Shown here in pieces: positions 1 to 11,440 of a stretch of DNA of 64,000 nt. Each line of letters begins with the position of its first letter. Position 1 is the first letter of the stretch. The stretch lies in assembly GCA_964234715.1 (NCBI GenBank), contig OZ174278.1. The stretch is one strand, 5' to 3'. This DNA is from Podarcis melisellensis (Eukaryota). Under the pieces are notes generated by a model. The model did not search any database and was not told where the DNA came from. It saw only the letters and a list, made by a program, of their open reading frames with translations. A program made the translations under genes and the position numbers.

Positions 1-140
1 GAGAGGAGCTGCTTCCTTTAAAATTTAAGGGGCATCATTTAAGGGACATTTAAGGGACATCCATCAATAAGGGACAGCAGCGGGACATGGCGCTGGAATA
101 AGGGACTGTCCCTTCAAATAAGGGACACTTGACAGCTGTG
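1..140. mobile_element. Right end of a hAT/Tip100-like MITE, truncated by the window edge
   Basis: Repeated taagggac motifs ending in gggacacttgacagctgtg. Confidence 0.45.
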
Positions 141-407
141 GTGCAAACCCAGGCTCATGGTTTGTCTCATGCAAACCACGAGCAAGACTTTTCCCTCTTG
201 TACACTCACAGCTGTTATTTATTAATTAAATTTATATACTGCCCTTCATCCAAGGATCACAGGGCAGTTTACAGTATAAAAACACAAAAATGCCGAACAA
301 TACCCCACCCCAAACTATGTGGCTTCCATAAATTTGCCTATGAGGGAATTTGCCTCCCTCATAGGCTGAAAAAGTTACCCAACTCGGAGTTAGACCCAGA
401 GTTTCTT

Positions 408-560
408 CAGTGTGGTATAATGATTAGAGTTTTGAACTAGGACTTGGGGGACAGCAATTCATGTCCCCACTCAGTTATGAAGCTCATTGGGTGACCTTGG
501 GCCAATCACTTTCCCTGTCTGGCCCACCTCACAGGGTTGTTGTGAAGATGAAAAGGAGAA
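408..560 (+). mobile_element. Old tRNA-derived SINE (Squam3/MIR-like)
   Basis: A-box-like gtgtggtataatg; core gggtgaccttgggccaatcac...cctcacagggttgttgtga. Confidence 0.6.
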
Positions 561-3507
561 CCTAGGTGTATATGTGATATCATGGTGCCCAGCCAAGTGT
601 ATTTTTCTAATTGCAGATGCTGAAAATTTTAAGTGGGTCAAATATTTCTCTCCTTATGATTCCACAATCCTATAAGAATGAGCTCAGGGGAAAGAAAGCA
701 GTCTGTCTCGCTGGACCCTGTTACTTTAAAGAAAATATTGCATGAAGGGAGATGTGTAATCTAGGTCATGGTTTAATGTATTGCAAATAAAAGCAATATG
801 TTCGTTTCTGGGTTCCTTTCTCTTGTCTGCATTCAGATCATCCTATTGAGCGTAGCAGGAAGTAAGAGTAAACTTGGCCAGAAATTTAATGAAAGACATC
901 AGGATTCCTGTCTTAAACTAGCAAGAGTTGAAGGCAGCTCCATACGTCACACAGCTGATGGACGTGTGTACAGATTTTACACTGGTGTTTCTTCCAGCAC
1001 ACACTTGATATGTGGAGGGATATGTCTGTGTACATCTGGCTCTGGCCCAGACTCACCAGATGTGCGTACTTGGGGTTTAAATATATGTGCATGCATGCAT
1101 AGACGTATATTCTACAGTGCAGAACTGGTGTACCTGCAGCATGCTTTTAGAACTTCCCTAACATGTTGAGTTGCGGCAGCATTGAGAACAATGAATTGCT
1201 TTGTAGGCTCAGTACAATTCCGAAGATTTTTATTTTTTAAAAAATTACATAAAATCCACTTTTTGTGGTGTAGATATATTTAGTAGAACTTCTGTGAATG
1301 GTTTGTTTTGTTGGAATTTTATGTATGCAGGGGACGCAATTGTTTGTTCTGTCTTAGACTGGCACCCATTTAAGACTGGCAAGAGCATTTCAGAAGCTTG
1401 AAAGAGAACTCAGGTCCAGACTTCTGTGACGCTGTCTTGTTCATGGCTTCCGCAAATGTGCTCGAGCGTGATTCTTAAAAGCTTGTACAAAAAGTGCTGT
1501 AGCATCTTGGAGAATAACTGGCTTATTGTGGCATGGCTGAGCTTTCATAGGCTACTGCCCACTTCATCAGATGTTTAAGGCAGCTTTTACAGGCCTTTGC
1601 GTAGAAGGGGGAAAGACTTGCACAGCTGAATCAAATGTTACAAAAATACACGGTATTCACAACAAACAGGTTAATCTCCATCTTCGTTCCATTTGTCCTC
1701 TTGGTACTGCAGATTAGCACGGTTCCTCTACTAAACTTTTATTTTACACTGACAAATCTGTCCATTTTGAACAAGGGTACATTCCTCTAAAAAGTCTGCA
1801 AGCTCATTTTTTTAAAAAACAAACAAACCACAGAGTATAGTCCATTTAATATTTGCCTTATGTAATCTGTTGAAATGATTTTGAGACTCATTGCTTAATT
1901 GCTCCACAATTTGGGCAGCCTTTATTAGGAGCAACCAAAATGTCAGAAATAGTGACAAGTCTTCTTTCGGGACAGCAAAAGCTTTATATACCAAAATACC
2001 TGTGTTCTCTTTGATTTGTGTGCACAATACAATCGTGCCAAGCCATATTTGTCATATTTCCTTTGGTCCTCTAGAAACCTTCATAACATGGGTTAACCTT
2101 CCCAGGTGGGCAATTTGCCACACCTGTCTGTACCTCCTGTTTACAGAAATTCCTTCCATTGTTTCCCAGGCCGAGGCCATGTCTGCATGCGCAACCAGTG
2201 AAAAGTGGCTGATCCATTCTGTGCACTTTATACTTCAGGCTGCATCAACTGAAGTCAATAATGTTAACTGGGGTAACTTGGTAATAGTTTTCAGGTTGGC
2301 CTTAGTTTCTCGAAACAATAGGGAACAAAGCTTGTGGGTTTCTTGGCTTCTGGTTTGCTGCTTCTGGTGAGGCATGGCATTGAGCAGTGGGGAATCCTGA
2401 GCAGTGCGCAGCAGCATGCTATTGGTTCATGTGAAACTACAGTATAGTTAAACATTTAACTATGGTTTAATGATGTGCAGACTGGGCTACTGTCTTTTAC
2501 AGTTCCATCCATTTCTGCATAGTTTTCTTGTTATTTTAATGCATGGGTGGCTAACATTTTCCAGCCCTATGGCCACATTGACATCTACCCCTCTGAGGAC
2601 TGTACGCCAACAATGGATGTGGACCATGCATGTACGCGCACACGCATGCACGCTCACTACACATGTGCATTGCCCACATTCGGTGCACACAGAGTCACCG
2701 CACATACACTGCCGAACAACGTGCAAGCAAGCATTTAAATATAACACTCTTGCACACAGGCACACACACAATTACAGTCAGCATTCCCACTCCAGCAGTG
2801 GGGTGTCTCAAAATGCTGCCTTTTGCTTTGCACAGATAATTTGCTGATGGTACATAGAAAAAGACCCTTCTGGCTGCTCTTTAGAAATCCTTGCTCAATG
2901 GCAGCTGGAGAAATTTCTTTATCTCCTGATTTGGTAGATAACGTGCTCTCTTTGCTCTTTAGAGATCTCCATCTACAGAACAGACAAAGCGTTTTAGCGT
3001 TGGATCAGAAGATAAAGCTGCTCAGGGCCGGCAGTCCACTTCCTATAGCTTGGAGGTCTGAATCGGCCAGCCACCTCTCTTAATGTCAATATTTCACCTT
3101 TAGTGTGTATGTATTTGTACCGGAATTAGCATGTGGGAGGCAATCTCTTTTTGAAGATAGCTGTGTAAAATAATGAATTCTAGTAATTCTATAGCTGAGG
3201 GCAGTTCAAGGGCTGTACTGTTAATCCTCTTACTGGAGTAGACTGCAATGGAAGGAGATGCTTCTTTAGTTATAGAAGAGGCTACTTCTCAGAAAATAAA
3301 AAAGTACATGTGAAAATTGATACTTTCATGCTTGCTTGTTTATGATGCATTTAAATGTTTTATTTCTTCCTGTTTTATAGCTGCTTTGGATCTGTTACAG
3401 ATAGACAGGCAGCATAGAAACTCATAAGAACATTTTATTTTTCATTTTTGTTTTGTTTTGGAAAAGCAGGAACCAACGGACGTTATATGGATCATATCTG
3501 AAACATC

Positions 3508-3607
3508 ATGCACCGCCAGTGGCTGCTGTTAGCTGCATGCTTTTGGGTTGTATTCATGTTCATGGTTGCTAGTAAGTTCATCACGCTGACCTTCAAAAAT
3601 CCTGATG
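3508..3607 (+). CDS. CHST10: Carbohydrate sulfotransferase 10 (HNK-1ST), coding exon 1 (type II TM anchor)
   Basis: Translates MHRQWLLLAACFWVVFMFMVASKFITLTFKNPD, matching the CHST10 N-terminus. Likely acceptor ...aagcag at 3469; donor G|gtaagt after 3607 (phase 1). Confidence 0.96.
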
Positions 3608-4711
3608 GTAAGTTCACAGATATTTTTCTTTTTACTGATGCACATTCTGGAACAAAAAGAACACCTGGCAGTGTTAACGTCCAGAGAATTATTTTTATAT
3701 GCTGCTGCTGCTTGTCTTTTCTACAAACATTACAGAATGCATAGTATAAATAATTAGTAAATGAAAATGCTTTCCCTTTAATAACATGCTTTCCCACTTA
3801 TAAATCACATGTTGGAAAAATTACCTGAATTACGCTTGTTGAAGATGCATATTTTCCCATGACTTGCTTTCCTTAAGGTAAACGAATCAAATATGCTGTG
3901 CAGCAATGGAGGTTTGTGCAGCTTAGAAAAAGTTGAAAGAAATAATACAAATCTCCCGAATTTCCATTCCTTTCCCCCTGCCTGCTTTTTTTCATTGTGT
4001 TTGTTGATTTTAGAACAAGTAACAGCTTGTCTACATGAAAGATAGGTATAAAGCAGTATACATCTTCAATGCAACTGTATATCTGCAAAAATAAATAACT
4101 TGTCTAGCTGGCAACCAATATATACCTTTAAAAATTGCCATATCTAAAAAGTTGTCATTTGGCAAGTTGCTACAGAATGAACACTTCGACTCTTCCTTGC
4201 TCCCATTTGCTAACACTGGGCCATGTGATCTTGGGTTGAAGGTTCCAGGTGGTGAGAAGTGGACCCCTTTTTCTGAAATAATAAAAATAAAAATAAATAA
4301 TTTTATGCCGCCCATCTGACTGGGTTTCCCCAGCCACTCTGGGCAGCTTCCAATAAATTAAAACACAGTAAGACATAAAACAATAATTGTGATAATGAGA
4401 GTTAGATGCAAAAGATTTTGTGTGCAACATGAAAATTTATATGGAAAAGTACAAATAGTGTCGTTCTCTATTACGTACAGCATTTACATGTTAATCCCGA
4501 GTAGTGATTTAAATGCTTGGTTTTCAGGGGCATGTTTGCAAGGTATTTTTTGTGCTTTATCCCAAATTGGCCCTGCATTGCTTCTTATTGATTTCTGTCC
4601 TAGGCTGCTTAGTTGAAAAATAACAGCTAGTCTTTTGCTTATCTTAAGTAGCCCAGATGGTATTAAACTGTTAATGAGTTTAAATCCATTTGATGGCACT
4701 GTCTTGTTGTT

Positions 4712-4713
<2 letters not shown>

Positions 4714-4770
<57 letters not shown>
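4714..4770. repeat. (CT)n microsatellite
   Basis: Direct reading. Confidence 0.95.
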
Positions 4771-4774
<4 letters not shown>

Positions 4775-5459
4775 AGGTCTTTAGGCAGAAGTCTTCCATT
4801 GGCAGGGGACATAGTGGTTTTTGTGTGTGGATATGTCATGGTGGCAATTTCTGCATTTTCCCATAATAAGCCATTTAGTGGTGATCAAATTGATAAAGGA
4901 AGTATTATGTACTGCAGTCAAATTTTAGTTGGCTGAAAGAGGAAGATTAGTGCCAGCAAACTATTAGACTCCTTGCGTGACTTTGCTGCATACACTTCAG
5001 TCATCTTCACTTAAGATAGAATTATTGTTGAGGGGAGCTACACATTTTCCATACACTCAACACACAGTGTTCACTTCCATTCAGTTTTTAAGGTAGTTAG
5101 TGAAAAATGACATACAAATGCAAACTGAGACCTGTGGGCATACAAATTTAATAAATAATAATAATAACCTACAATGCATTTGTTTCAACAGGGTCTTACT
5201 CTGAAGTTCTGCTGTTTCCACAAACTTTCTTTTTCCTCCTGGTTTTAATGCATCTCTGTGGGGGTTTTTTTTTGTCTGTTTTGTCTGTAAGTCACGTTGA
5301 GGTTGACTTGGGCAAGATAAAGTGACAAACAAATTTTAAAAATAATTTTTTTTAAAAAAATTAAATTTTAATTTTAAACAAATTTTAATTTTAAACAAAT
5401 TTTAATTTTAAACAAATTTTAAAAATAAAAAAAATTAAATCTACAGCAGAAGTTCCTAG

Positions 5460-5614
5460 NNNNNNNNNNNNNNNNNNNNNNNNNNNNNNNNNNNNNNNNN
5501 NNNNNNNNNNNNNNNNNNNNNNNNNNNNNNNNNNNNNNNNNNNNNNNNNNNNNNNNNNNNNNNNNNNNNNNNNNNNNNNNNNNNNNNNNNNNNNNNNNNN
5601 NNNNNNNNNNNNNN
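5460..5614. other. Assembly gap (155 N) in the CHST10 intron, preceded by a 17-bp AT-rich tandem repeat
   Basis: N run; (ttttaattttaaacaaa) about 3 copies at ~5366-5420. Confidence 0.97.
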
Positions 5615-6009
5615 AATAATTTAATTCTATCAAATATGGCTCAAGGCAAAATTGCATATTATACAGTAAATATGGAAGTAGCCATTTCCTTCTGAATATT
5701 CATGGTGATGAATGCACAGACTCATGCAATGACTTCAGACATGATGGTTGTATGGCATGTGAAGTATTAACCCTTACCCTAAGTAGATTCATGAACAGGG
5801 TTCTCAGACCATAGCTGGGCTTGGTAGTCAGCTATTATCTCTTCTAGACATGGAATATGCCAAAAGTGTTTTAGAGCGCATGCAGAGTGCCTCTCTTATT
5901 GAGCAAGTGCAGCTGCCCACCCTCAAAGCATGTGATAAATGATACCAGAAATTGGTAATAATATATATGTATGCCTTTCTTTCTATTATTCTGTTTTCTT
6001 CTTACCTAG

Positions 6010-6107
6010 TGTATGGTGTCAAGCAAGAGCCGTTAACATTGACAGCTATAACTAAAGTAGAGAAAATTCAAGTGACAAAATCGAAAAGGTTTCCTGGAGA
6101 GATTCAG
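6010..6107 (+). CDS. CHST10: CHST10 coding exon 2 (stem region)
   Basis: Polypyrimidine tract and cctag acceptor; (V)YGVKQEPLTLTAITKVEKIQVTKSKRFPGEIQ; donor cag|gtatgt. 98 nt restores phase 0. Confidence 0.9.
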
Positions 6108-6300
6108 GTATGTGCTGCTAACCCAGAGTAAAAGTTGTATTCTACCAAAATAAGCTTGGTTGGTAGGAAGCTTGAGGCATTTGTAGAATTCCCCTCAGTG
6201 ATGCTAGACTAACCCCATCCCTGAGGGATATGAGCTGAACAATACAATACACAAAATGCACGAACATCCTATATTTTTAATTGTTCTTAATATGGAATTA

Positions 6301-6779
6301 AAAAGCAGAGACAGTACCTTACCAACAAAGGTCCGCATAGTTAAAGCCATGGTTTTCCCAGTAGTGATGTATGGAAGTGAGAGCTGGACCATAAAGAAGG
6401 CTGATCGCCAAAGAATTGATGCTTTTGAATTATGGTGCTGGAGGAGACTCTTGATAGTCCCATGGGCTGCAAGAAGATCAAACCTCTCCATTCTGAGCCC
6501 TGAGTGCTCACTGGAAGGACAGATCGTGAAGCTGAGGCTCCAATACTTTGGCCACCTCATGAGAAGAGAAGACACCCTGTAAAAGACCCTGATGCTGGGA
6601 AAGATGGAGGGCACAAGGAGAAGGGGACGACAGAGGACGAGATGGTTGGACAGTGTTCTCGAAGCTATAAACATGAGTCTGACCAAACTGCGGGAGGCAG
6701 TGGAAGACAGGAGTGCCTGGCGTGCTCTGGTCCATGGGGTCACAAAGAGTCAGACACGACTCAACGACTAAACAACAAA
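6301..6779 (+). mobile_element. BovB/RTE LINE 3' fragment
   Basis: Translates KSRDSTLPTKVRIVKAMVFPVVMYGSESWTIKKA...RIDAFELWCWRRLL (BovB RT C-terminus); ends cgactaaacaacaa; contains an internal stop. Confidence 0.93.
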
Positions 6780-7575
6780 AAATATGGAATTGAAAGCCAT
6801 CACCACAACTTGTCATAGTGAATTCTGTATATCAGTCACACATTGTCTGAAAAAGGACTTTGTATTTTCTGTGCCAGGTATATGACTTACTTTATTTTAT
6901 TTTAATACAATCCCAATATCCTCCTTGTCTATATGGTACTGCAGAGAAGCTATAAGGTTTACTGCTTTTCAGCACAACCTGTAGCAGCTTGTTTGCTGGA
7001 TTCTAAAACCTAAACAGCTTTATCTTACAAGGATTAATCTTTACGCCTGTTCCAACCTTTCTCTTTATTCTGGTAGGAATATTTAGGGCAGAATATATGT
7101 CCTAAATATTCTTAATTTCCTCCCGCATCCACGGAATGGAAATTTAGGAGCCCAATGTAACAATAGGCAAGTATACGCTAACTATTATAATTCTGAAATC
7201 CATTGTGCAATTATATCGTGGATATAATGTGCATAATTTCAAGGAAGACGAGAAGGTGGGATAATTTTTCTATTAAAAGTTGTGTTCCAGTGCTTAGTGC
7301 GTCATAATTTCAGCATGGGGGCAGGGGGCGGGAAAAGGCTTTTCTCCCACTGCAGTATGTATATAGCCTGGCAACCAACACATGGAAAGGTATTGATTTG
7401 TTCTTCTGATGAAGGCAAACTGGAAAGTGTGCTGTGTGCTTAGTGGAAATCTTGTACTTGGGGCCAAGACTGAGTTTTCACAGAGGCTTGCATAATCACA
7501 GTCACTCAGAAAATGAGCAACTTCAGCTGTGCAAATTGTGTCACACACACACACACACACACACCCAGTAGAAGC

Positions 7576-7920
7576 GTAAAGGTAAAGGGACCCTTGACCA
7601 TTAGGTCCAGTCGTGACCGACTCTGGGGTTGTGGCGCTCATCTCGCTTTATTGGCCGAGGTATACAGCTTCCGGGTCATGTGGCCAGCATGACTAAGCCA
7701 CTTCTGGTGAACCAGAGCAGTGCACGGAAACGCCGTTTACCTTCCCACGGGAGTGGTACCTATTATCTACTTGCACTTTGACATGTTTTCGAACTGCTAG
7801 GTTGGCAGGAGCAGGGACCAAGCAACGGGAGCTCACCCCGTCGCAGGGATTCGAACCACCGACCTTCTGATCGGCAAGTCCTAGGCTCTGTGGCTTAACC
7901 CACAGTGCCACCCGTGTCCC
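7576..7920 (-). mobile_element. Sauria SINE
   Basis: Reverse complement begins gggacacgggtggcactgtgggttaa and ends in a (ccttta)n tail; adjacent (CA)n at ~7543-7564. Confidence 0.9.
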
Positions 7921-8100
7921 TTAGTGGAAGCATAGGATGCCACAAATGGGTGTTCTGCATGAGACCAGTCCAGAGTAATTGTGCTGTATATGTCTAATTT
8001 CATGTTCCTTTAAAATGTGAACTGGAAAATAAAATTCTTCCTTGTGCTCTCCTTTCCCCCTCCCCTCCCCCTCCCTCCTCTTCTCCCATTTTATACCAAG

Positions 8101-8335
8101 ACAATAGGTAGAGGTCTATCTGAAGACATTATACATCAACCTTTGGTCCATATGGAAAGGCTTGAGCTACTCAGGAATGTGTGCCAAGATGCATCGCTGA
8201 AAAACCTCACTCACACTACTGTTTCAAAATTCGTTTTGGATCGGATATTTGTATGTGATAAGCACAAGATCCTCTTCTGTCAAACTCCAAAAGTTGGCAA
8301 TACTCAGTGGAAGAAAGTCTTGATTGTTTTAAATG
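8101..8335 (+). CDS. CHST10: CHST10 coding exon 3 (5'-PAPS-binding motif PKVGNTQWK)
   Basis: TIGRGLSEDIIHQPLVHMERLELLRNVC...FCQTPKVGNTQWKKVLIVLN(G); acceptor ccaag, donor g|gtatct. Confidence 0.96.
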
Positions 8336-8837
8336 GTATCTGTTTACTTCTTAAAGCTTCTGACATGTGTGCTTGGTTGGCTAGAGAAAAACCTTTAACT
8401 AGCATAGTATAAAGATAGGATGTTTCTGTCCACTGATTCATTTATTTTTTATTCCAGCATTTCATTCCCTCTTCTTTTATATTCTGTTTTTCAAACACGT
8501 CATTCAAAAATAAAAATCCTGAAGTCTTCCGATACTTACCTTTGCACCACCTGCATAACCTGTACCAAAACCATGGCAATATGGTTGGTGCACTGCTGTG
8601 GTTATTGGGAGCTAATTGCAACCTGAGCTTTAAAATTAAATCTACTGCTGTGCCCAGTGCAGCTTAAGCAAGAGAATCAAACTATTCCAAACATAAGATA
8701 CCATGCCCCCAAAGTTTTAACTAAAGTTTACTGCAATGTCAAATTAGCATTTCAGTTTGACTTCATTTCATTTCAAAAATCTATAGTCCATAGGCATTCC
8801 CAGCTTAGAATAAAGTTACATAGTTATAGAGCTATTA

Positions 8838-9466
8838 CCATACTTTTCCGTGTATAAGACTAGGTTTTTTTACTCAAAAATAATGTTAAAAACGGGGCTC
8901 GTCTTATACACGGGCATTGTATTGTTGGGCCAGGTGACTGGTTGCAGCTGCAAGCTGCAGGCTGTCTGCAGCGATTTGGTGGGTGATTGTTTGCTGTGGC
9001 AAGGGCTGCTGTGGATTGGCTGTCACTGTGGCAATTGGGCTTTTGATTGCCGGCTGCTGTAGACGAGCGGGCAGACGCTTGTGTGGTGTAGCGGTTAAGA
9101 GCGGTAGTCTCGTAATCTGGTGAACCGAGTTCGCGTCTCCGCTCCTCCACATGCAGCTGCTGGGTGACCTTGGGCTAGTCACACTTCTCTGAAGTCTCTC
9201 AGCCCCACTCACCTCACAGAGTGTTTGTTGTGTGGGAGGAAGGGAAAGGAGATTGTGAGCCTCTTTGAGACTCCTTAGGGTAGTGATAAAGCGAGATATC
9301 AAATCCAAACTCCTCCTCTTCTTTTGCGATGCGATCTTTTATGAGCGTTTGCATTCGGATTAGTGAATTTCTGCATTCCTCCCCCCACAAAAGCTCTACA
9401 ACTCTGGGCATTCCCCCCCCCCATTTTCTTAAATTTGAGACCCCTCTTATACACGGAAAAGTATAG
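8838..9466. mobile_element. Tc1/mariner-pogo MITE with TA TSD, interrupted by a nested SINE
   Basis: TIRs ccatacttttccgtgtataaga / tcttatacacggaaaagtatag (1 mismatch), flanked by TA at 8836-37 and 9467-68. Confidence 0.8.
9075..9322 (+). mobile_element. Young tRNA-derived SINE (Squam3-like) nested in the MITE
   Basis: A box tggtgtagcggtt, B box gagttcgcgtc; CpGs retained; ends in a ctc/ctt simple tail. Confidence 0.75.
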
Positions 9467-9543
9467 TAATTTTCTTTTTTTAAAAAAAAAGAAAGAAAGA
9501 AAGGTATCTTTCTAAAAACATGTACTAACTTACTTTTCCCCAG

Positions 9544-9649
9544 GAGCTTTTTCTTCCATTGAGGAGATCCCAGAGAACATTGTGCATGACCATGAGAAGA
9601 ATGGTTTGCCGCGCTTATCTTCCTTCAGTGACTCAGAAATTCAAGAGCG
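9544..9649 (+). CDS. CHST10: CHST10 coding exon 4
   Basis: ttttccccag acceptor; (G)AFSSIEEIPENIVHDHEKNGLPRLSSFSDSEIQE(R); donor cg|gtaggt. Too short for the ORF track. Confidence 0.96.
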
Positions 9650-9867
9650 GTAGGTGATAAACTTTAGCTTAATTTGGTGTCTGAACCAAACAGCTGTCTT
9701 GTTTTGAAAAGCCAAACTTAACCAAATTAAGTGGCGTGTATGAAAAGTAAGCATGCTGAAAGGAGAAGTAACCCATGTTGACCTAAGGCAGAACCTTTTT
9801 TTATGCTAACCAAAAAGTCACATGATAGTGCACATGCTTTTGAGTGATCCAGAATGCTATTAGGCTG

Positions 9868-9990
9868 TAGGGCTGGGCAATATCTGGTTTTCAACATTGT
9901 GATATATCACCAACTAGACTTGAAACCCATTTTGTGATACTGGTTTCAGAACTGGTTTTGGATGATAGATTGATATATCGTCCAACCCAG
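9868..9990. mobile_element. Short hAT-like MITE; a related copy lies at ~16087-16338
   Basis: Ends gggctgggcaatat / atatcgtccaaccc; near-TSD ttaggctg/ttaggcta. The same left end (atatctggttttcaacattgt) recurs at ~16098. Confidence 0.55.
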
Positions 9991-10356
9991 TTAGGCTAGA
10001 TCAGTTTTCTCAAACTTCCAAGTTCATTGATCCCCTTGATGAGCTTATAAAGTTGTCGTCAACCATACCCTAGTGTTCTTAAAATGGCAGTTTTGTAGAG
10101 CAGCAAGGATTCATCCTGAAGAAGTGTGGGTGGATGGTGTTGCTGGCTGATTCTCCATCTCTGGAAATAAAAAAACAAAAAAACTCTGTTTGTAGGCTAA
10201 ACATTTCATTTAGGTAAGACATAAGAGTCAAATGTTGTTCTCAGGGCTGGTTCATTCACACCTGTACATCAATTGATTTCTCATTGCTTGGTAACTTGAA
10301 GAATGCATGGACAGACTTTCGGTGCATATGGCCTCTACCGCTATGCTGTCACATTT

Positions 10357-10736
10357 GTGACATGGGTGGCACTGTGGTCTAAACCACTGAGCCTCTTGAG
10401 CTTGCTGATCGTAAGGTTTGCAGTTTTAATCCGTGCAATGGGGTGAGCTCCTGTTACTTTGTCCCAGCTCCTGCCAACCTAGCAGTTCTAAAGAATACCA
10501 GCGCAAGTAGATAAATAGGTACCGCTGCGGCGGGAAGGTAAACGGTGTTTTTGTGCAACCTGGCTTCTGTCACGGTGTCCTGTTGCACCAGAAACAGTTT
10601 AGTCATACTGGCCACATGACCTGGAAAGCTGTCTGCAGAAAAATACCAGCTCCCTTGGCCTGAAAGCAGAGATGAGCACTGCACCCCATAGTCGAATTCA
10701 ACTGGACTTAACTGTCCAGTGGTCCTTTACCTTTAC
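10357..10736 (+). mobile_element. Sauria SINE (older copy)
   Basis: gggtggcactgtggtctaaaccactgagcc...gtagataaataggtaccgct...cctttacctttac. Confidence 0.88.
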
Positions 10737-10902
10737 TTGCTGTTGCATTCACACATGCAAGTCACCATTTGCTGCTGCAGCCATCAAGTGAGGAACATGC
10801 ATGTGTGGAACTGTGTGGAATTTAGCTGTGAATTTCCAGCAGATAACAAATTCCTAAAATTGCCACGTACAACTTGTTTCCTCTTTTTCTTACCTATTTC
10901 AG

Positions 10903-11440
10903 GCTGAAATTATACTTCAAGTTCCTTATCGTAAGAGATCCGTTCGAGAGGCTTATTTCTGCATTCAAAGACAAGTTTGTCCGCAATCCTCGTTTTGAAC
11001 CTTGGTATAGGCATGAAATTGCTCCCGGCATCATTCGAAAATATAGAAAGAATCGCACTGAGACCAGGGGGCTGCAGTTTGAGGACTTCGTGCGCTACTT
11101 GGGTGATCCAAATCATCGGTGGCTAGATATACAATTTGGAGACCGCATCATTCATTGGGTGACCTACGTGGAACTTTGTGCCCCCTGTGAAATAACATAC
11201 AGTGTAATTGGACATCATGAAACCTTGGAAGAGGATGCACCATACATCTTGAAGGAAGCTGGAATAGACCATCTGGTGTCTTATCCTACTATTCCGCCGG
11301 GGATAACACTGTATAACAAAACTAAGGTGGAACGCTATTTCTCGGGAGTTAGCAAGAGAGACATCCGCCGCCTTTATGCCCGTTTTGAAGGAGATTTTAA
11401 TCTTTTTGGCTACCCAGAGCCAGATTTCCTACTCAACTGA
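10903..11440 (+). CDS. CHST10: CHST10 terminal coding exon (3'-PAPS-binding motif RDPFERLIS)
   Basis: tttcag acceptor; LKLYFKFLIVRDPFERLISAFKDKF...FGYPEPDFLLN*. Spliced CDS is 1077 nt = 358 aa + stop. Confidence 0.97.

Noticed and set aside
810-870. Possible non-coding 5' exon of CHST10 (pyrimidine tract plus cag at ~836)
   Set aside because: Only weak splice signals, which cannot be supported without transcripts. No CpG island is present, so the CHST10 promoter probably lies upstream of the window.
6204-6818. Several 100-180 aa ORFs here and at 40009-40491
   Set aside because: All are frames of truncated BovB fragments, not host genes.
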